NCBI GenBank assembly: GCA_016196755.1
Contig: JACPXC010000062.1
Span: forward strand, 45,043-109,042
Origin: Elusimicrobiota bacterium
GTDB lineage: Bacteria; Elusimicrobiota; Elusimicrobia; UBA1565
Reading direction: 5' to 3'
Length of the DNA stretch: 64,000 nucleotides
Under the pieces are notes generated by a model, which saw nothing but the letters and a program-made list of their open reading frames with translations, did no database searches and was not told the DNA's origin. Positions 26,898-35,934 of this stretch are shown here, in pieces. The translations under genes were made by a program, and so were the position numbers. Numbering within the stretch: the first letter of the stretch is position 1; every line of letters begins with the position of its first letter.

Positions 26898-28025
26898 CTA
26901 TGAAGGTCCATGGGGCGCGAGCACGAGGTCCAGCTGGCGCGCGAGGACGGCTGTCGAATAGCGGCGCTCGCAGAACTCCCGCGCGGCGGTGTGGACGCGT
27001 TCCAGCCGGACCCGGTCGCCCAAGAGCCGGAAGAGCTTATCGGCGTCCAGCTCGTCGCATGACACCGCCGCCCCCGCCTCCAGCGCTTCACGATAGGGTT
27101 CGACACGAGACGCGACCGTGACCGCCCCCATCGCGCTGTACTCGACGAACTTGGTCGCCGACCTGCATCTGTTGAACTCATCCTTGACCAGAGGCGCCAG
27201 CCCCACGACCCAGTCCTTGGTGTTGAGCATCTCGCGGAAGCGCCGATAGCCGCGCACCGCCGGCGTCGCGAGGACCTGCCGGCGCACGGCCGGCGGCCAG
27301 CGGATCTCCGCAAGGTCTCCGATCGATTCAAAGCGCCAGTCCGGATGCTCGCTCAAGAACCGCAGCAATGACGGAAGAACGACCTTCAGGTCCCGGATAT
27401 GGCTGATAGTGCCCATAAACCCAAGGGTCTTCGACGAATTGAGGCTCTTGGCCCGGCCCACGCCGGGATAGGGGCAGTAGATGCCTGAAAAAGTCCGCGC
27501 CGCCGGAAAGCGGCCGCGCATGAAGTCTTCAAGGGGCTTCGTCGAGCAATAGACCAGGTCGGCTCTCCTGGCCAGGGCTTCGCGGCAGCCGACGACAAGG
27601 GGAGCCAGATGGGCTTTCCGCTTCGCTGCCGGAAGATCAGGCGGCAGGTCGAAGAGGTTGTCGTCGATATGGAAGACGGTCTTCACTCGGCGCGGTTTCG
27701 CCCAGTCAAGGATCTGGTCGTAGAGCGGCCCGCCGTAACGGGAGAAGACCACGGTCTGCGGCTGGAAACCTGCGATGGCGGCCAAGACATCCGGACCGCG
27801 GCCGGCCTCCACGAGGGCGGCGAGCTCACCCTGCGAATAGACCAGCCCCGCTCGCGCGCCGCCGCTGAACTGGTCGGCCAGCGGGATCTCGAAGGAGATG
27901 CTGAAGGTCGGGCCTCGATCGTCTACGAGAAAGACGGTTCGCTGAGGCGCTCCCGGCTCCCCAAGCAGCGTCCCTCCTGCCCGCGGCGCCAGCAAGCCCT
28001 TAAGAAAACCCCTCAAGCTCCCCAC
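26898..28025 (-). CDS. GT-B glycosyltransferase (group-1-like)
   Basis: C-terminal TKFVEYSAMGAVTVASRVEPYRE (E..E) and GT-B layout. Confidence 0.5.
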   Translation of the reverse strand: MGSLRGFLKGLLAPRAGGTLLGEPGAPQRTVFLVDDRGPTFSISFEIPLADQFSGGARAGLVYSQGELAALVEAGRGPDVLAAIAGFQPQTVVFSRYGGPLYDQILDWAKPRRVKTVFHIDDNLFDLPPDLPAAKRKAHLAPLVVGCREALARRADLVYCSTKPLEDFMRGRFPAARTFSGIYCPYPGVGRAKSLNSSKTLGFMGTISHIRDLKVVLPSLLRFLSEHPDWRFESIGDLAEIRWPPAVRRQVLATPAVRGYRRFREMLNTKDWVVGLAPLVKDEFNRCRSATKFVEYSAMGAVTVASRVEPYREALEAGAAVSCDELDADKLFRLLGDRVRLERVHTAAREFCERRYSTAVLARQLDLVLAPHGPS

Positions 28026-28029
28026 TGGC

Positions 28030-29106
28030 TTAGGCCTGGGTCCGGCTCCAGCGAGCCAGCTCCTCGAGGCCTTCCTGCAGGGAGGTCCGCGGCGTCCAGC
28101 CCAGGAGCGCGCGGGCCTTGGCGATGTCGGCGGTAGCGTGCCGGACGTCTCCCAGGCGGAACTGGCCGGTGACGGCGATGGTCCGCTCCGGGTCCTTGCC
28201 GAAGATGCGGCAGAGCAGCCGGGCCGCCGAGAGGATGCTGACCGGCCGGCCCGACCCCAGGTTGATGACCGTGCCGCCCGCCGTCCCGGCGGCGATGCCG
28301 CTCAGTATCCCGGCGACGACGTCGTCGGCCGCCACGAAGTCGCGGATGATTCCGCCATCCTCGAAGACGGCAAGAGGTTGATTCTTGAGCAAAAGCGAGC
28401 AGAAGACCGATAAGACGCCGGTGTATGGGTTGCGCAGGCTTTGGCCGGCGCCGTAGACGTTCTGCAGCCGGAAGACCAAGGCCTTCTCCCCTAGGGCCGA
28501 TTGGGTGAGCAGATGCTCCTGCATCAGCTTGGTGGAGGCATAGATCGAGACCGGCGACGCCGGCGTCGATTCCACCGCGGCCAAGGGCTCGGAGAGCCGC
28601 ACGGCCTTCCCGTCCTCGTAGGCCGCGGGGTCGAAGCGGCCCGCGGCCAGGTCCTCTCCGCGGCGCGCGCCGGGCACCACGACCTGGCCGTCGGCCCGGC
28701 GCCACGGGCCTTCGCCATGGACCGCCCGCGAGGAGGCCAGGATCACTTGCCCGAGCTCGCCCGCGCCGGCGATCAACGCCTCCAAGAGGATGGCGGTGCC
28801 GTCCACGTTCACGCTGCAATAGCGCTGCAGCTCGTCTCGGGACTGTCCGGTGCCGGTCTCCGCGGCCAGATGGACCACATGGGTCGGTTTGAATTCCGCG
28901 ACCGCATCCTTGATGCTTCCGGCGTCGCGCAGGTCATATCGGAGGCAGGACACGTTGGAGGCGAAGTCCGGGAAAGCCGCGTCCGGCCCATGTACTTGCT
29001 CAGTGAGGTCGTCGATCACGCAGCATCGGTGGGCCGGGTCCTTCTGGAGCTCCCGGACCAGTTTAGTCCCGATAAATCCCGCGCCGCCGGTGATCAGGAA
29101 CCTCAT
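28030..29106 (-). CDS. NAD-dependent nucleotide-sugar epimerase/dehydratase (SDR family)
   Basis: MRFLITGGAGFIGTKL Rossmann motif and catalytic YxxxK (YASTK). Confidence 0.85.
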   Translation of the reverse strand: MRFLITGGAGFIGTKLVRELQKDPAHRCCVIDDLTEQVHGPDAAFPDFASNVSCLRYDLRDAGSIKDAVAEFKPTHVVHLAAETGTGQSRDELQRYCSVNVDGTAILLEALIAGAGELGQVILASSRAVHGEGPWRRADGQVVVPGARRGEDLAAGRFDPAAYEDGKAVRLSEPLAAVESTPASPVSIYASTKLMQEHLLTQSALGEKALVFRLQNVYGAGQSLRNPYTGVLSVFCSLLLKNQPLAVFEDGGIIRDFVAADDVVAGILSGIAAGTAGGTVINLGSGRPVSILSAARLLCRIFGKDPERTIAVTGQFRLGDVRHATADIAKARALLGWTPRTSLQEGLEELARWSRTQA

Positions 29107-29981
29107 CGCCCGGCGGCCTGCCGGGCCCTCTTGGCCATATAGACTTCCCGGTGAGGGACAAATCCCTTGGCGCGGTCCGCGAGAAATTGCCAGCTGCGCA
29201 GCACGAAGCCCAGGGCGCCGGAGACCCTTGAGCGCCCCTCGAGGTCGCGCAAGAGAGACGGGCGGAAGTAGCCCAGCCTGATCTGCTCTTCCACCTCGGC
29301 GCGCCCCAGGGCGCCTTCCTTCAGCATCAGCCGGACCTCCTCGTACCAGACCTCCGCGTTCCTATTCAACGGAAACACCCAGGGCTGCGTGCTCATATCG
29401 GTGTAGTGGATATTGCAGGTCGTCGCGTCCAGATGCTCCAGGCTGTTCCAGCGGAAAGGGACCGCGTAGCGGATCTCCGGCTCCTTAAGGAGGCAAAGGT
29501 CGAACATCAGGCCCTGGTAATCGTATCTCGCCTCATCCAGGCCCCCGATGATGTCGTCGATCCTCCAATCCAAGCGCGCGCAGTCCATGACCATCACGGC
29601 GCACTGTTTGGCGCGCTTGCCGGGCGCCCCAAGCTTCAGGGCGGTATGACTCTGCTCTTGGCTCAACTCTTCCTGCACGATCACCTTGGCGCCCTTGAAG
29701 TCCAGCTCCCAAAGCTCCCGGATATCCTTCATGACCAGCATGTCGGCGTCCATATAGATGGCCCGCCCTCGATACCCCGCCAAGGCAGGGATGCAGAAGC
29801 GGCTAAACGAGAACCCCGTCCTCTGAGTCTGCCGCGGATCTTTGGGCACCCGGATCGGCAGGTCGCACATGGGGATGACTTCCACCGGCAGCGAGGCGTG
29901 CCGCTTGATGGAATGCTCCAGCACCTTCACGGCCAGCAGCTGGGATCTGTCGGTTCCTACGAAGACCCGGACCGCTTCCAC
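29103..29981 (-). CDS. Glycosyltransferase family 8-like (nucleotide-diphospho-sugar transferase)
   Basis: IYMDADMLV DxD motif, GT-A fold, similar to LPS glucosyl/galactosyltransferases. Confidence 0.6.
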   Translation of the reverse strand: MEAVRVFVGTDRSQLLAVKVLEHSIKRHASLPVEVIPMCDLPIRVPKDPRQTQRTGFSFSRFCIPALAGYRGRAIYMDADMLVMKDIRELWELDFKGAKVIVQEELSQEQSHTALKLGAPGKRAKQCAVMVMDCARLDWRIDDIIGGLDEARYDYQGLMFDLCLLKEPEIRYAVPFRWNSLEHLDATTCNIHYTDMSTQPWVFPLNRNAEVWYEEVRLMLKEGALGRAEVEEQIRLGYFRPSLLRDLEGRSRVSGALGFVLRSWQFLADRAKGFVPHREVYMAKRARQAAGR

Positions 29982-29991
29982 TACTCCTCCC

Positions 29992-31095
29992 TCATAAAGA
30001 GCCCTCTATGTATTGCGCGATCCGGCTTGCCCCGTCGCCAGGCAGACAGACGCGGTCCCGAAACCCGCGGGCCGACGCTTCCAGGCGAGGGCCCTCGCGC
30101 CCATCCAGCGCTTGGCCGACGAACTCGTTCCAGCCTTTTGAGCTTCGGATGATCGCAAGAGGCTCATAGAGAGGCACGGGGATGTCGTAGGCCGCCACCG
30201 CGACCGGCTTGCCCATGCAGACCGAGTCAAAAACGGTCGTGGAAGGCGTCGTGATGACCGCGTCGGCGGCCTTGATGAGGGCTGGGGCAGTATAAGGCTC
30301 CCAGACCGGATCCTTGGGATCGGCGAGCATCAGGTTGGGCGAGGCCGGCAGCCTGCCGCCGAACCGCTCCGACAGCCAACGGCCGGAATGATGCGGCTTG
30401 ACGAGGAACGAGACGGCCGGAAAGGCTGCCGCCGCGGCCTCGAGGTCCGCGAGGAACCGCTCCCGATAGCCCCCGTCATAACGGCTCCAGTGCAGGTTCT
30501 CGAACACGACGACCAGCTTATCACGATGAAAAGGGAGCTTGACGTCGGGCACGCGCGCGGGCTCGCGGACTTTCGGGCACCCGACCGGCACGCAGCGTCT
30601 TTTGATCGCCTCGGGGACCCGCGGATCCAGTCCCGAGAGCGGACCCCAGGTGAAGATTATATCCGAAGCGAAATCCACGCGCTGAGGCGGATACTCGGCG
30701 TCATAGTAGGTGAGGCCGATGTTCTCAAGCCCATGCTGGAGCGTGAAGGTGCGCAGCCCGCACAGCCTGGCCATGCGCGTCAGCCAATACCCTCGGGCGT
30801 GAGGGCGCGCCGTGGTGTCGCAAGCGGTGACGAGCGCCGAGCTGCGCAGCAGCGCGGGGAGGAGCCTTAAGCCCAGAGCGGAGCCTACGAAGGTCTCAAA
30901 GGCTGGACTCCCAAGCGCCGCCGACGTGCGCGGCGAGCTCGCGCGCAGCCTGGGGTCGAGGAGCGCCAAGACCCGGAAGCCGCGCTCAGACAGCGCCTCC
31001 GCCACGGGCAAGAGCAGGTCAAGGTCCGTGCCCTGATAGAAGTATAGAGCCGCCGAGCGGCATATCGTAGAATGAGCCGTTTCCACGCGCCCCAT
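29992..31095 (-). CDS. Hypothetical polysaccharide-biosynthesis protein (TagB/KpsS-like fold suspected)
   Basis: No signature recognised with confidence. Its position in the glycan locus and the C-terminal region HHSGR...PSTTVFDSVCMGKPV are loosely reminiscent of glycerophosphotransferase or capsule transferases. Confidence 0.3.
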   Translation of the reverse strand: MGRVETAHSTICRSAALYFYQGTDLDLLLPVAEALSERGFRVLALLDPRLRASSPRTSAALGSPAFETFVGSALGLRLLPALLRSSALVTACDTTARPHARGYWLTRMARLCGLRTFTLQHGLENIGLTYYDAEYPPQRVDFASDIIFTWGPLSGLDPRVPEAIKRRCVPVGCPKVREPARVPDVKLPFHRDKLVVVFENLHWSRYDGGYRERFLADLEAAAAAFPAVSFLVKPHHSGRWLSERFGGRLPASPNLMLADPKDPVWEPYTAPALIKAADAVITTPSTTVFDSVCMGKPVAVAAYDIPVPLYEPLAIIRSSKGWNEFVGQALDGREGPRLEASARGFRDRVCLPGDGASRIAQYIEGSL

Positions 31096-32473
31096 GCTGT
31101 TTAATTCACTCGAGTATCTGACCCTGCTGGCGCTCTCGACCCTTCTCTATTGGCTCGCCCGAAGCCAAGAGTCGCGCAACGCCATCCTACTCGTCGGCAG
31201 CCTGATATTCTATGCCAGTTGGAGCGTCCCTTATCTGGGCCTGCTGCTCGCGGTCCTGTTCCTGAACTGGTTCATCGCCCTTCGGCTGAGCCCCTCGCGG
31301 CCCTACTTGCTGACCACGGCCCTAGTCGCCAGCCTCGGCGTCCTAGCCTACTACAAATACGCGAATTTCTTGCTCGAAAACCTTGGGGCCGTTTTGCGGG
31401 TCTTCGGTGAGGGGTCCCCCCGAACCTCCGTCTCGGTGCTGCTCCCGTTGGGCATCTCGTTCTATGTCTTTCAGATCATCGCCTACACGATAGACGTCTA
31501 TCGAGGGGATATCGAGCCGGAGGAGAAGTTCTCCGTGGTCGTCCTCTTTACCTTGTTCTTCCCGCAGCTCATCGCGGGGCCCATCTGCCGGGCCAGCGAG
31601 CTCATTCCGCAGTTGAAGACCAAGCAGACCTTCCGGCTCGCCGACCTCGTGGACGGGTCGTTCATGCTGCTGGCGGGTTTCGTGCTGAAATCCTGCTTCG
31701 CCGACGGTCTGGCGCCCTACGTGGACGTCATCTTCAGATCGCCCGAAGGGTACTCCGGCCTCGACAACCTCCTCGGCACCGCGGCTTTCGGGGTCCAGAT
31801 CCTCTGCGATTTCTGGGGCTATTCCACCATGGCGGTGGGCTCAGCCCGGCTCTTCGGCCTGCGGGTCCCATTCAACTTCAACCTGCCTTACGACGCCCTC
31901 TCTATCCGGGATTTTTGGAAACGCTGGCATATCACGCTCAGCCGCTGGCTCAAGGATTACCTGTTCATCCCCTTGGGAGGATCCCGGACCTCTTCAAGAC
32001 CCAAGCTGTACCGCAATCTGCTGATCACGATGCTGCTCGGCGGGCTGTGGCACGGAGCGAACTGGACCTTCGTGGTCTGGGGGGCGATCCACGGCGGGGC
32101 CCTTATGGTGAACCGGGCCTTCGGCGAACGCCGCCCCCGACTCGAGCTGCCGAAGAGCCTTTGCTGGCTCTTGACCATGGCCGCCGTCTTCCTCGGCTGG
32201 GTCTTTTTTCGCGCGCCGAGCGTCGACCAGGCCTGGCGGCAGCTCGGCCTTATCGTCCTTCCATCCCGTCATTGGTGGCGCACCGCGCTCGACCTGCGTT
32301 TCTTCGAGCTGCTCGCGCTGTTTGTGCCGGCGCACCGGCTGATCCACAGATACAGCTATGAGCGGCCGATCAGTCAGGAAGGATCGGCGGCCTACTGCCT
32401 GGTGCCCGCGCTCGTGGTCTTTTCCATCGTATATTTCGTCAGAGGCTCGGATTTCATCTATTTCCAGTTCTGA
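31094..32473 (+). CDS. MBOAT-family membrane O-acyltransferase (AlgI/DltB/PatA-like)
   Basis: Conserved MBOAT His (LLGGLWHGANW...AIHGG) and a polytopic membrane protein. Confidence 0.85.
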   Translation: MLFNSLEYLTLLALSTLLYWLARSQESRNAILLVGSLIFYASWSVPYLGLLLAVLFLNWFIALRLSPSRPYLLTTALVASLGVLAYYKYANFLLENLGAVLRVFGEGSPRTSVSVLLPLGISFYVFQIIAYTIDVYRGDIEPEEKFSVVVLFTLFFPQLIAGPICRASELIPQLKTKQTFRLADLVDGSFMLLAGFVLKSCFADGLAPYVDVIFRSPEGYSGLDNLLGTAAFGVQILCDFWGYSTMAVGSARLFGLRVPFNFNLPYDALSIRDFWKRWHITLSRWLKDYLFIPLGGSRTSSRPKLYRNLLITMLLGGLWHGANWTFVVWGAIHGGALMVNRAFGERRPRLELPKSLCWLLTMAAVFLGWVFFRAPSVDQAWRQLGLIVLPSRHWWRTALDLRFFELLALFVPAHRLIHRYSYERPISQEGSAAYCLVPALVVFSIVYFVRGSDFIYFQF

Positions 32474-33692
32474 TAGACCCATCCTCCGGCGGGCGGCGGC
32501 GGCGATCGCGCTCTCAGCGGCCGCGATCCTCTTTTGCGAGGCCCTGGTGCGCCTCCTCTCCCCGCCGAGCCAAGATTGGGCTCCGCGGACAGCCAAGGAG
32601 CTCATCGCGCAGGCCCGCGGCTACCTGCCTGCGTACGCGCGGGAGAAGGAGAACCGCTTCATCATCCATAACGTCGCCCTGCTCTCCGAGCATCCAGACC
32701 CGGCCTCGGTCACGCTGGCCTTCGTGGGCTCGTCGAGGACGAGGTTCCTTCGTCCCCGCGGGCTTCTGGGCTTGGACGCCGTGGTCGTCGCCGGCAATTC
32801 CTATAACGAGATCCCTTACGGGACGCTCGTGGAGCTGAACATCATCAGACGGCTGTTCCCGGGCCTCAAGACCGTGTTCGTCGAGGCTCCCCTCTTGATG
32901 CGCCGTTCGCGCCTCAGGCTGACTACGGACCATGAGAAATACCTTTTCGCGCTCAAAGAACTCGAGCCTTTGCGGCGCCGGCTTCCGGGGGGCGAGGAGC
33001 TCTCGCGCTTCCTCGCCTTCCACCAGGCGAATGTCGGGGGGTTCCGGCCGGAGCTGAAGCTCTTCAGAGCCCGCCGCGAGCTCCAGCTCTCCGAGCTCTT
33101 CAAGAGGCTTGTCCTCAAACGCGCTCCGGAGCGGGCGGAGCCCGAGCGGGCGAAGCTTGCCGCCAACGGGGAGTACCGCGAGCTCCAAGGGCCGCTGCTT
33201 GCGCGCCGGGATTGGCCCCCCCGCATCCAGCCGTCAAGCGAGAAGATCTGGCGCATCCAGGGGGCCGGACGCGACATTCCGGGAGACCACGTCTTCGAGC
33301 TTTGGGCCCTTTGGGCGCGGCAGGAAGGCTTGGAGCTGGTGTTCTACGACCCCCCCGTGCGCGGCGACCTCCTGGACGTCAAGGCGGGCCTGGGCCTGAA
33401 GAGCCACCATGAGGACCTCGTGCGCTTATCCGGGCGCTACGGGCTGCCCGTCGTCATCCTCAACGACTCGAAGCTGGGCTATGGGGACCAATGGTCCCTG
33501 TTCAGCGACGAGGACCACCTGGGGACATGCCTAGGCTCGCTGCTCCTGACCACGGCCATATGGGATTCTTATCGCGATTGGAAAGAGACCGGAAAACTCG
33601 TCCATCGGGTCCCGCTATCCAAGGCTCTTGAAGCCCTGCCCCGGGTCGAGAATCCTTGCCCGGAGACTTCTCTAGAGGGGTTCGGATCATGA
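32358..33692 (+). CDS. Membrane-anchored partner of the MBOAT protein (AlgJ/DltD/PatB-like O-acetylation accessory protein); start uncertain
   Basis: Single N-terminal TM helix (AAAIALSAAAILFCEALVRLL) followed by a soluble domain. The track start at 32358 overlaps the MBOAT gene by 116 nt. A later non-ATG start near 32480-32545 is plausible. Confidence 0.4.
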   Translation: MSGRSVRKDRRPTAWCPRSWSFPSYISSEARISSISSSDRPILRRAAAAIALSAAAILFCEALVRLLSPPSQDWAPRTAKELIAQARGYLPAYAREKENRFIIHNVALLSEHPDPASVTLAFVGSSRTRFLRPRGLLGLDAVVVAGNSYNEIPYGTLVELNIIRRLFPGLKTVFVEAPLLMRRSRLRLTTDHEKYLFALKELEPLRRRLPGGEELSRFLAFHQANVGGFRPELKLFRARRELQLSELFKRLVLKRAPERAEPERAKLAANGEYRELQGPLLARRDWPPRIQPSSEKIWRIQGAGRDIPGDHVFELWALWARQEGLELVFYDPPVRGDLLDVKAGLGLKSHHEDLVRLSGRYGLPVVILNDSKLGYGDQWSLFSDEDHLGTCLGSLLLTTAIWDSYRDWKETGKLVHRVPLSKALEALPRVENPCPETSLEGFGS

Positions 33693-33791
33693 TGAGGTCC
33701 GTCCTCGACAAGGTCTCCGTCTTCCTCGCCGATCCCAACGGCTATAACCTGTTCTCGAGGGCCCTCGGCTCCAGCCGCGCCTGCGCGGTCT

Positions 33792-34703
33792 ATGCCAGGG
33801 AGAGCGATGTCAATTGATTACAATGAGGTCTCAATGGAGGCCGCTGCCGAGATGAGCGCCGCCGTTTCGCGCGTGTACAGCTCCGAAAGCGAGTTGCGCC
33901 ACCCACGCGCGCTGGCCTCGGCGCTTCGGCGCGACGCCGGCGAGGCATTCCGGCTCGGCTGGACGCTGTTTCGCCGGGATATCTCGCTGCAGCGCCGGCA
34001 GGCCTTCTTGGGCGCCTCCTGGGTGCTGCTGCCGCCGGTGCTGCTGGCGTTGACGCTGCGAGCCGCGCAGGAATCGCAAGTCTTCCGCATCGCGCCGACC
34101 GAGCTCCACTACCCTCTCTACGTCATCCTCGGCATGGTGTTTTGGCAGACCTTCTCGGACGCCCTGCAGGCGCCGATCCAAGGGATTACGTCGGCTCGGC
34201 CGTTCCTGGGCAAGATCCACTTCCCCCGCGAGGCGATCGTGGTCTCCAAGTTCTACCAATCGCTGTTGCACCTCGCGCTGAAGGCTTTTCTCGTGGCCGG
34301 CGTCTTCCTCTGGCTCGAAACGCCGCTTCCGGCCGGCGCCGTCTGGGCCGCCGCGCTGGTCTGGCCCTTGCTGCTGCTTGGAATGGGACTGGGCATGCTT
34401 TTGGCGCCCCTCGCCGTCGTGTTCGCCGACATCGGTAAGGCCGCGTCTATCCTCTCGGGCGTCTGGTTCTTCCTGACGCCGGTCATATTTCCCCGTCCAG
34501 CCGAAGGGCTGTTCGGATCGCTGATGCGCTGGAATCCGGTCACGCCGCTGCTCGAGGCCTGCCGCGACGCCGTCGCTCTCGGCGTTCCTCCTCAGCAGCC
34601 GTCCTGGCCGTTTGCCGCCGCGGCGGCCGCGGCCGCCTTCATCATCGGCTGGCTCGTCTATCGGCTGTCGCTGTCGTTCGCGGTGGAACGGTCGCAATCC
34701 TGA
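33792..34703 (+). CDS. wzm: ABC-2 type polysaccharide exporter permease (Wzm/KpsM-like)
   Basis: ABC2_membrane signature (FRRDISLQRRQAFLGASWVLL...) and 6 TM helices. Confidence 0.8.
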   Translation: MPGRAMSIDYNEVSMEAAAEMSAAVSRVYSSESELRHPRALASALRRDAGEAFRLGWTLFRRDISLQRRQAFLGASWVLLPPVLLALTLRAAQESQVFRIAPTELHYPLYVILGMVFWQTFSDALQAPIQGITSARPFLGKIHFPREAIVVSKFYQSLLHLALKAFLVAGVFLWLETPLPAGAVWAAALVWPLLLLGMGLGMLLAPLAVVFADIGKAASILSGVWFFLTPVIFPRPAEGLFGSLMRWNPVTPLLEACRDAVALGVPPQQPSWPFAAAAAAAAFIIGWLVYRLSLSFAVERSQS

Positions 34704-34713
34704 CGCGAGCGGC

Positions 34714-35934
34714 CTACGAGCTTTCCCAAAGGTGCGGCTGGAAGAGCGAGCCGCGCGTCAGCCCGTCGCGAGGAGCCACCCGGAACCGGACGCCGTCGCG
34801 CGCGTCGTAGCTGAGCAATCGGCTTTCCCTGATATTGATCTTCATCTGATAATGGCCCGGGCCTAGATTGAGCACCGGCAGCCGGCAGCGCAGCTCCCCG
34901 ACACCCTCCCGGACCGCCAAGCCCTCGCTGGCATCCATGTTGTGCAGGCGCAGCATCCACCCCTCTCCCCAGCCGCTCTCCCGGACAACGGCGGTCACGC
35001 GCAGTCCGCTCAGGGCCTTCGCGCTGTGGACCTTCAGGCAAAGCATGACCGGCTCGCCGGTGGTAGGCAGGTCCAGGATGTTGCCGTCCCCCCCCCTGAA
35101 ATACACTTCGAGTATCCGCAGAACGCCGTCGGCGGACGCCGCCGAGGGCGCCTCCGGCGACTCCGCGCCCTCCATCGCCAGAGCTTGCTCGTAGCGACCG
35201 AGCGCCTCCTCGAGCGAGCCCAACGAGCCCATGCGGCCGGCGCGAAGGTAAAGGCCACGCTCGCAGGCCGCTCCGAGGGCCCATGGATTATGGGAGACGA
35301 ACATAAGGGCCAGTCCGCCCTTAAGCATCTCGTCGAGCTTCCGATAGCATTTCAGCCGGAACTTCATATCCCCCACGGCGAGGGTCTCGTCGATCAGGAG
35401 CAGGTCGGGCCGGGAGAACACCGAGCATGCAAATCCCAGGCGAGCCTGCATCCCCGAGCTGTAGGTCCTCAACGGCGCGTCGACGGCCTCCCAGAGCTCG
35501 GCGAAGTCGACTACCGCGTCGAATACCTTGCGTATCTCCGCTCTTGCAAGCCCCAGCAACGACAGGTTGAGCGCGACGTTCTCCCGCCCGGTCAAGAGCG
35601 GATGGAAGCCCGCGCCCAGCGCCAACAGCGGCGCGACGCGGCCCCGGACCTCGACGCGCCCGGCGTCGAGCTTGATCAAGCCGCTGATCAACTTGAGCAG
35701 CGTCGTCTTGCCGCTGCCGTTGCTGCCCATCACCCCGAGCGACTCGCCCGGCGACAGCTCGAAGGAAACATCGCGAACCGCCCAAAACTCGCGCCCGCGC
35801 AGCCGGGCGCCCGAGCGCCGCAGGCCGAGCACCTCGCCCAGCGCGTCGACGGATCCATAGGCCATGGAGAGGCCGGCATGGCGGCAGAACTTCTTCGAGA
35901 CGCCCTCGACCCTCAGCACCCGCTCAGGCCGCAT
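34714..35934 (-). CDS. wzt: ABC polysaccharide exporter ATP-binding protein with C-terminal carbohydrate-binding domain (Wzt-like)
   Basis: Walker A GSNGSGKTTLLKLISG, signature LSGG-like motif, Walker B LLLIDE, plus a ~150-aa C-terminal beta-rich extension as in Wzt of capped O-antigen systems. Confidence 0.8.
   Translation of the reverse strand: MRPERVLRVEGVSKKFCRHAGLSMAYGSVDALGEVLGLRRSGARLRGREFWAVRDVSFELSPGESLGVMGSNGSGKTTLLKLISGLIKLDAGRVEVRGRVAPLLALGAGFHPLLTGRENVALNLSLLGLARAEIRKVFDAVVDFAELWEAVDAPLRTYSSGMQARLGFACSVFSRPDLLLIDETLAVGDMKFRLKCYRKLDEMLKGGLALMFVSHNPWALGAACERGLYLRAGRMGSLGSLEEALGRYEQALAMEGAESPEAPSAASADGVLRILEVYFRGGDGNILDLPTTGEPVMLCLKVHSAKALSGLRVTAVVRESGWGEGWMLRLHNMDASEGLAVREGVGELRCRLPVLNLGPGHYQMKINIRESRLLSYDARDGVRFRVAPRDGLTRGSLFQPHLWESS

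Noticed and set aside
33688-33816. 42-aa ORF (MMRSVLDKVSVFLADPNGYNLFSR...) spanning the gap before wzm
   Set aside because: It overlaps both neighbouring genes, has no motif, and does not resemble a Wzm N-terminus. Most likely a chance ORF.
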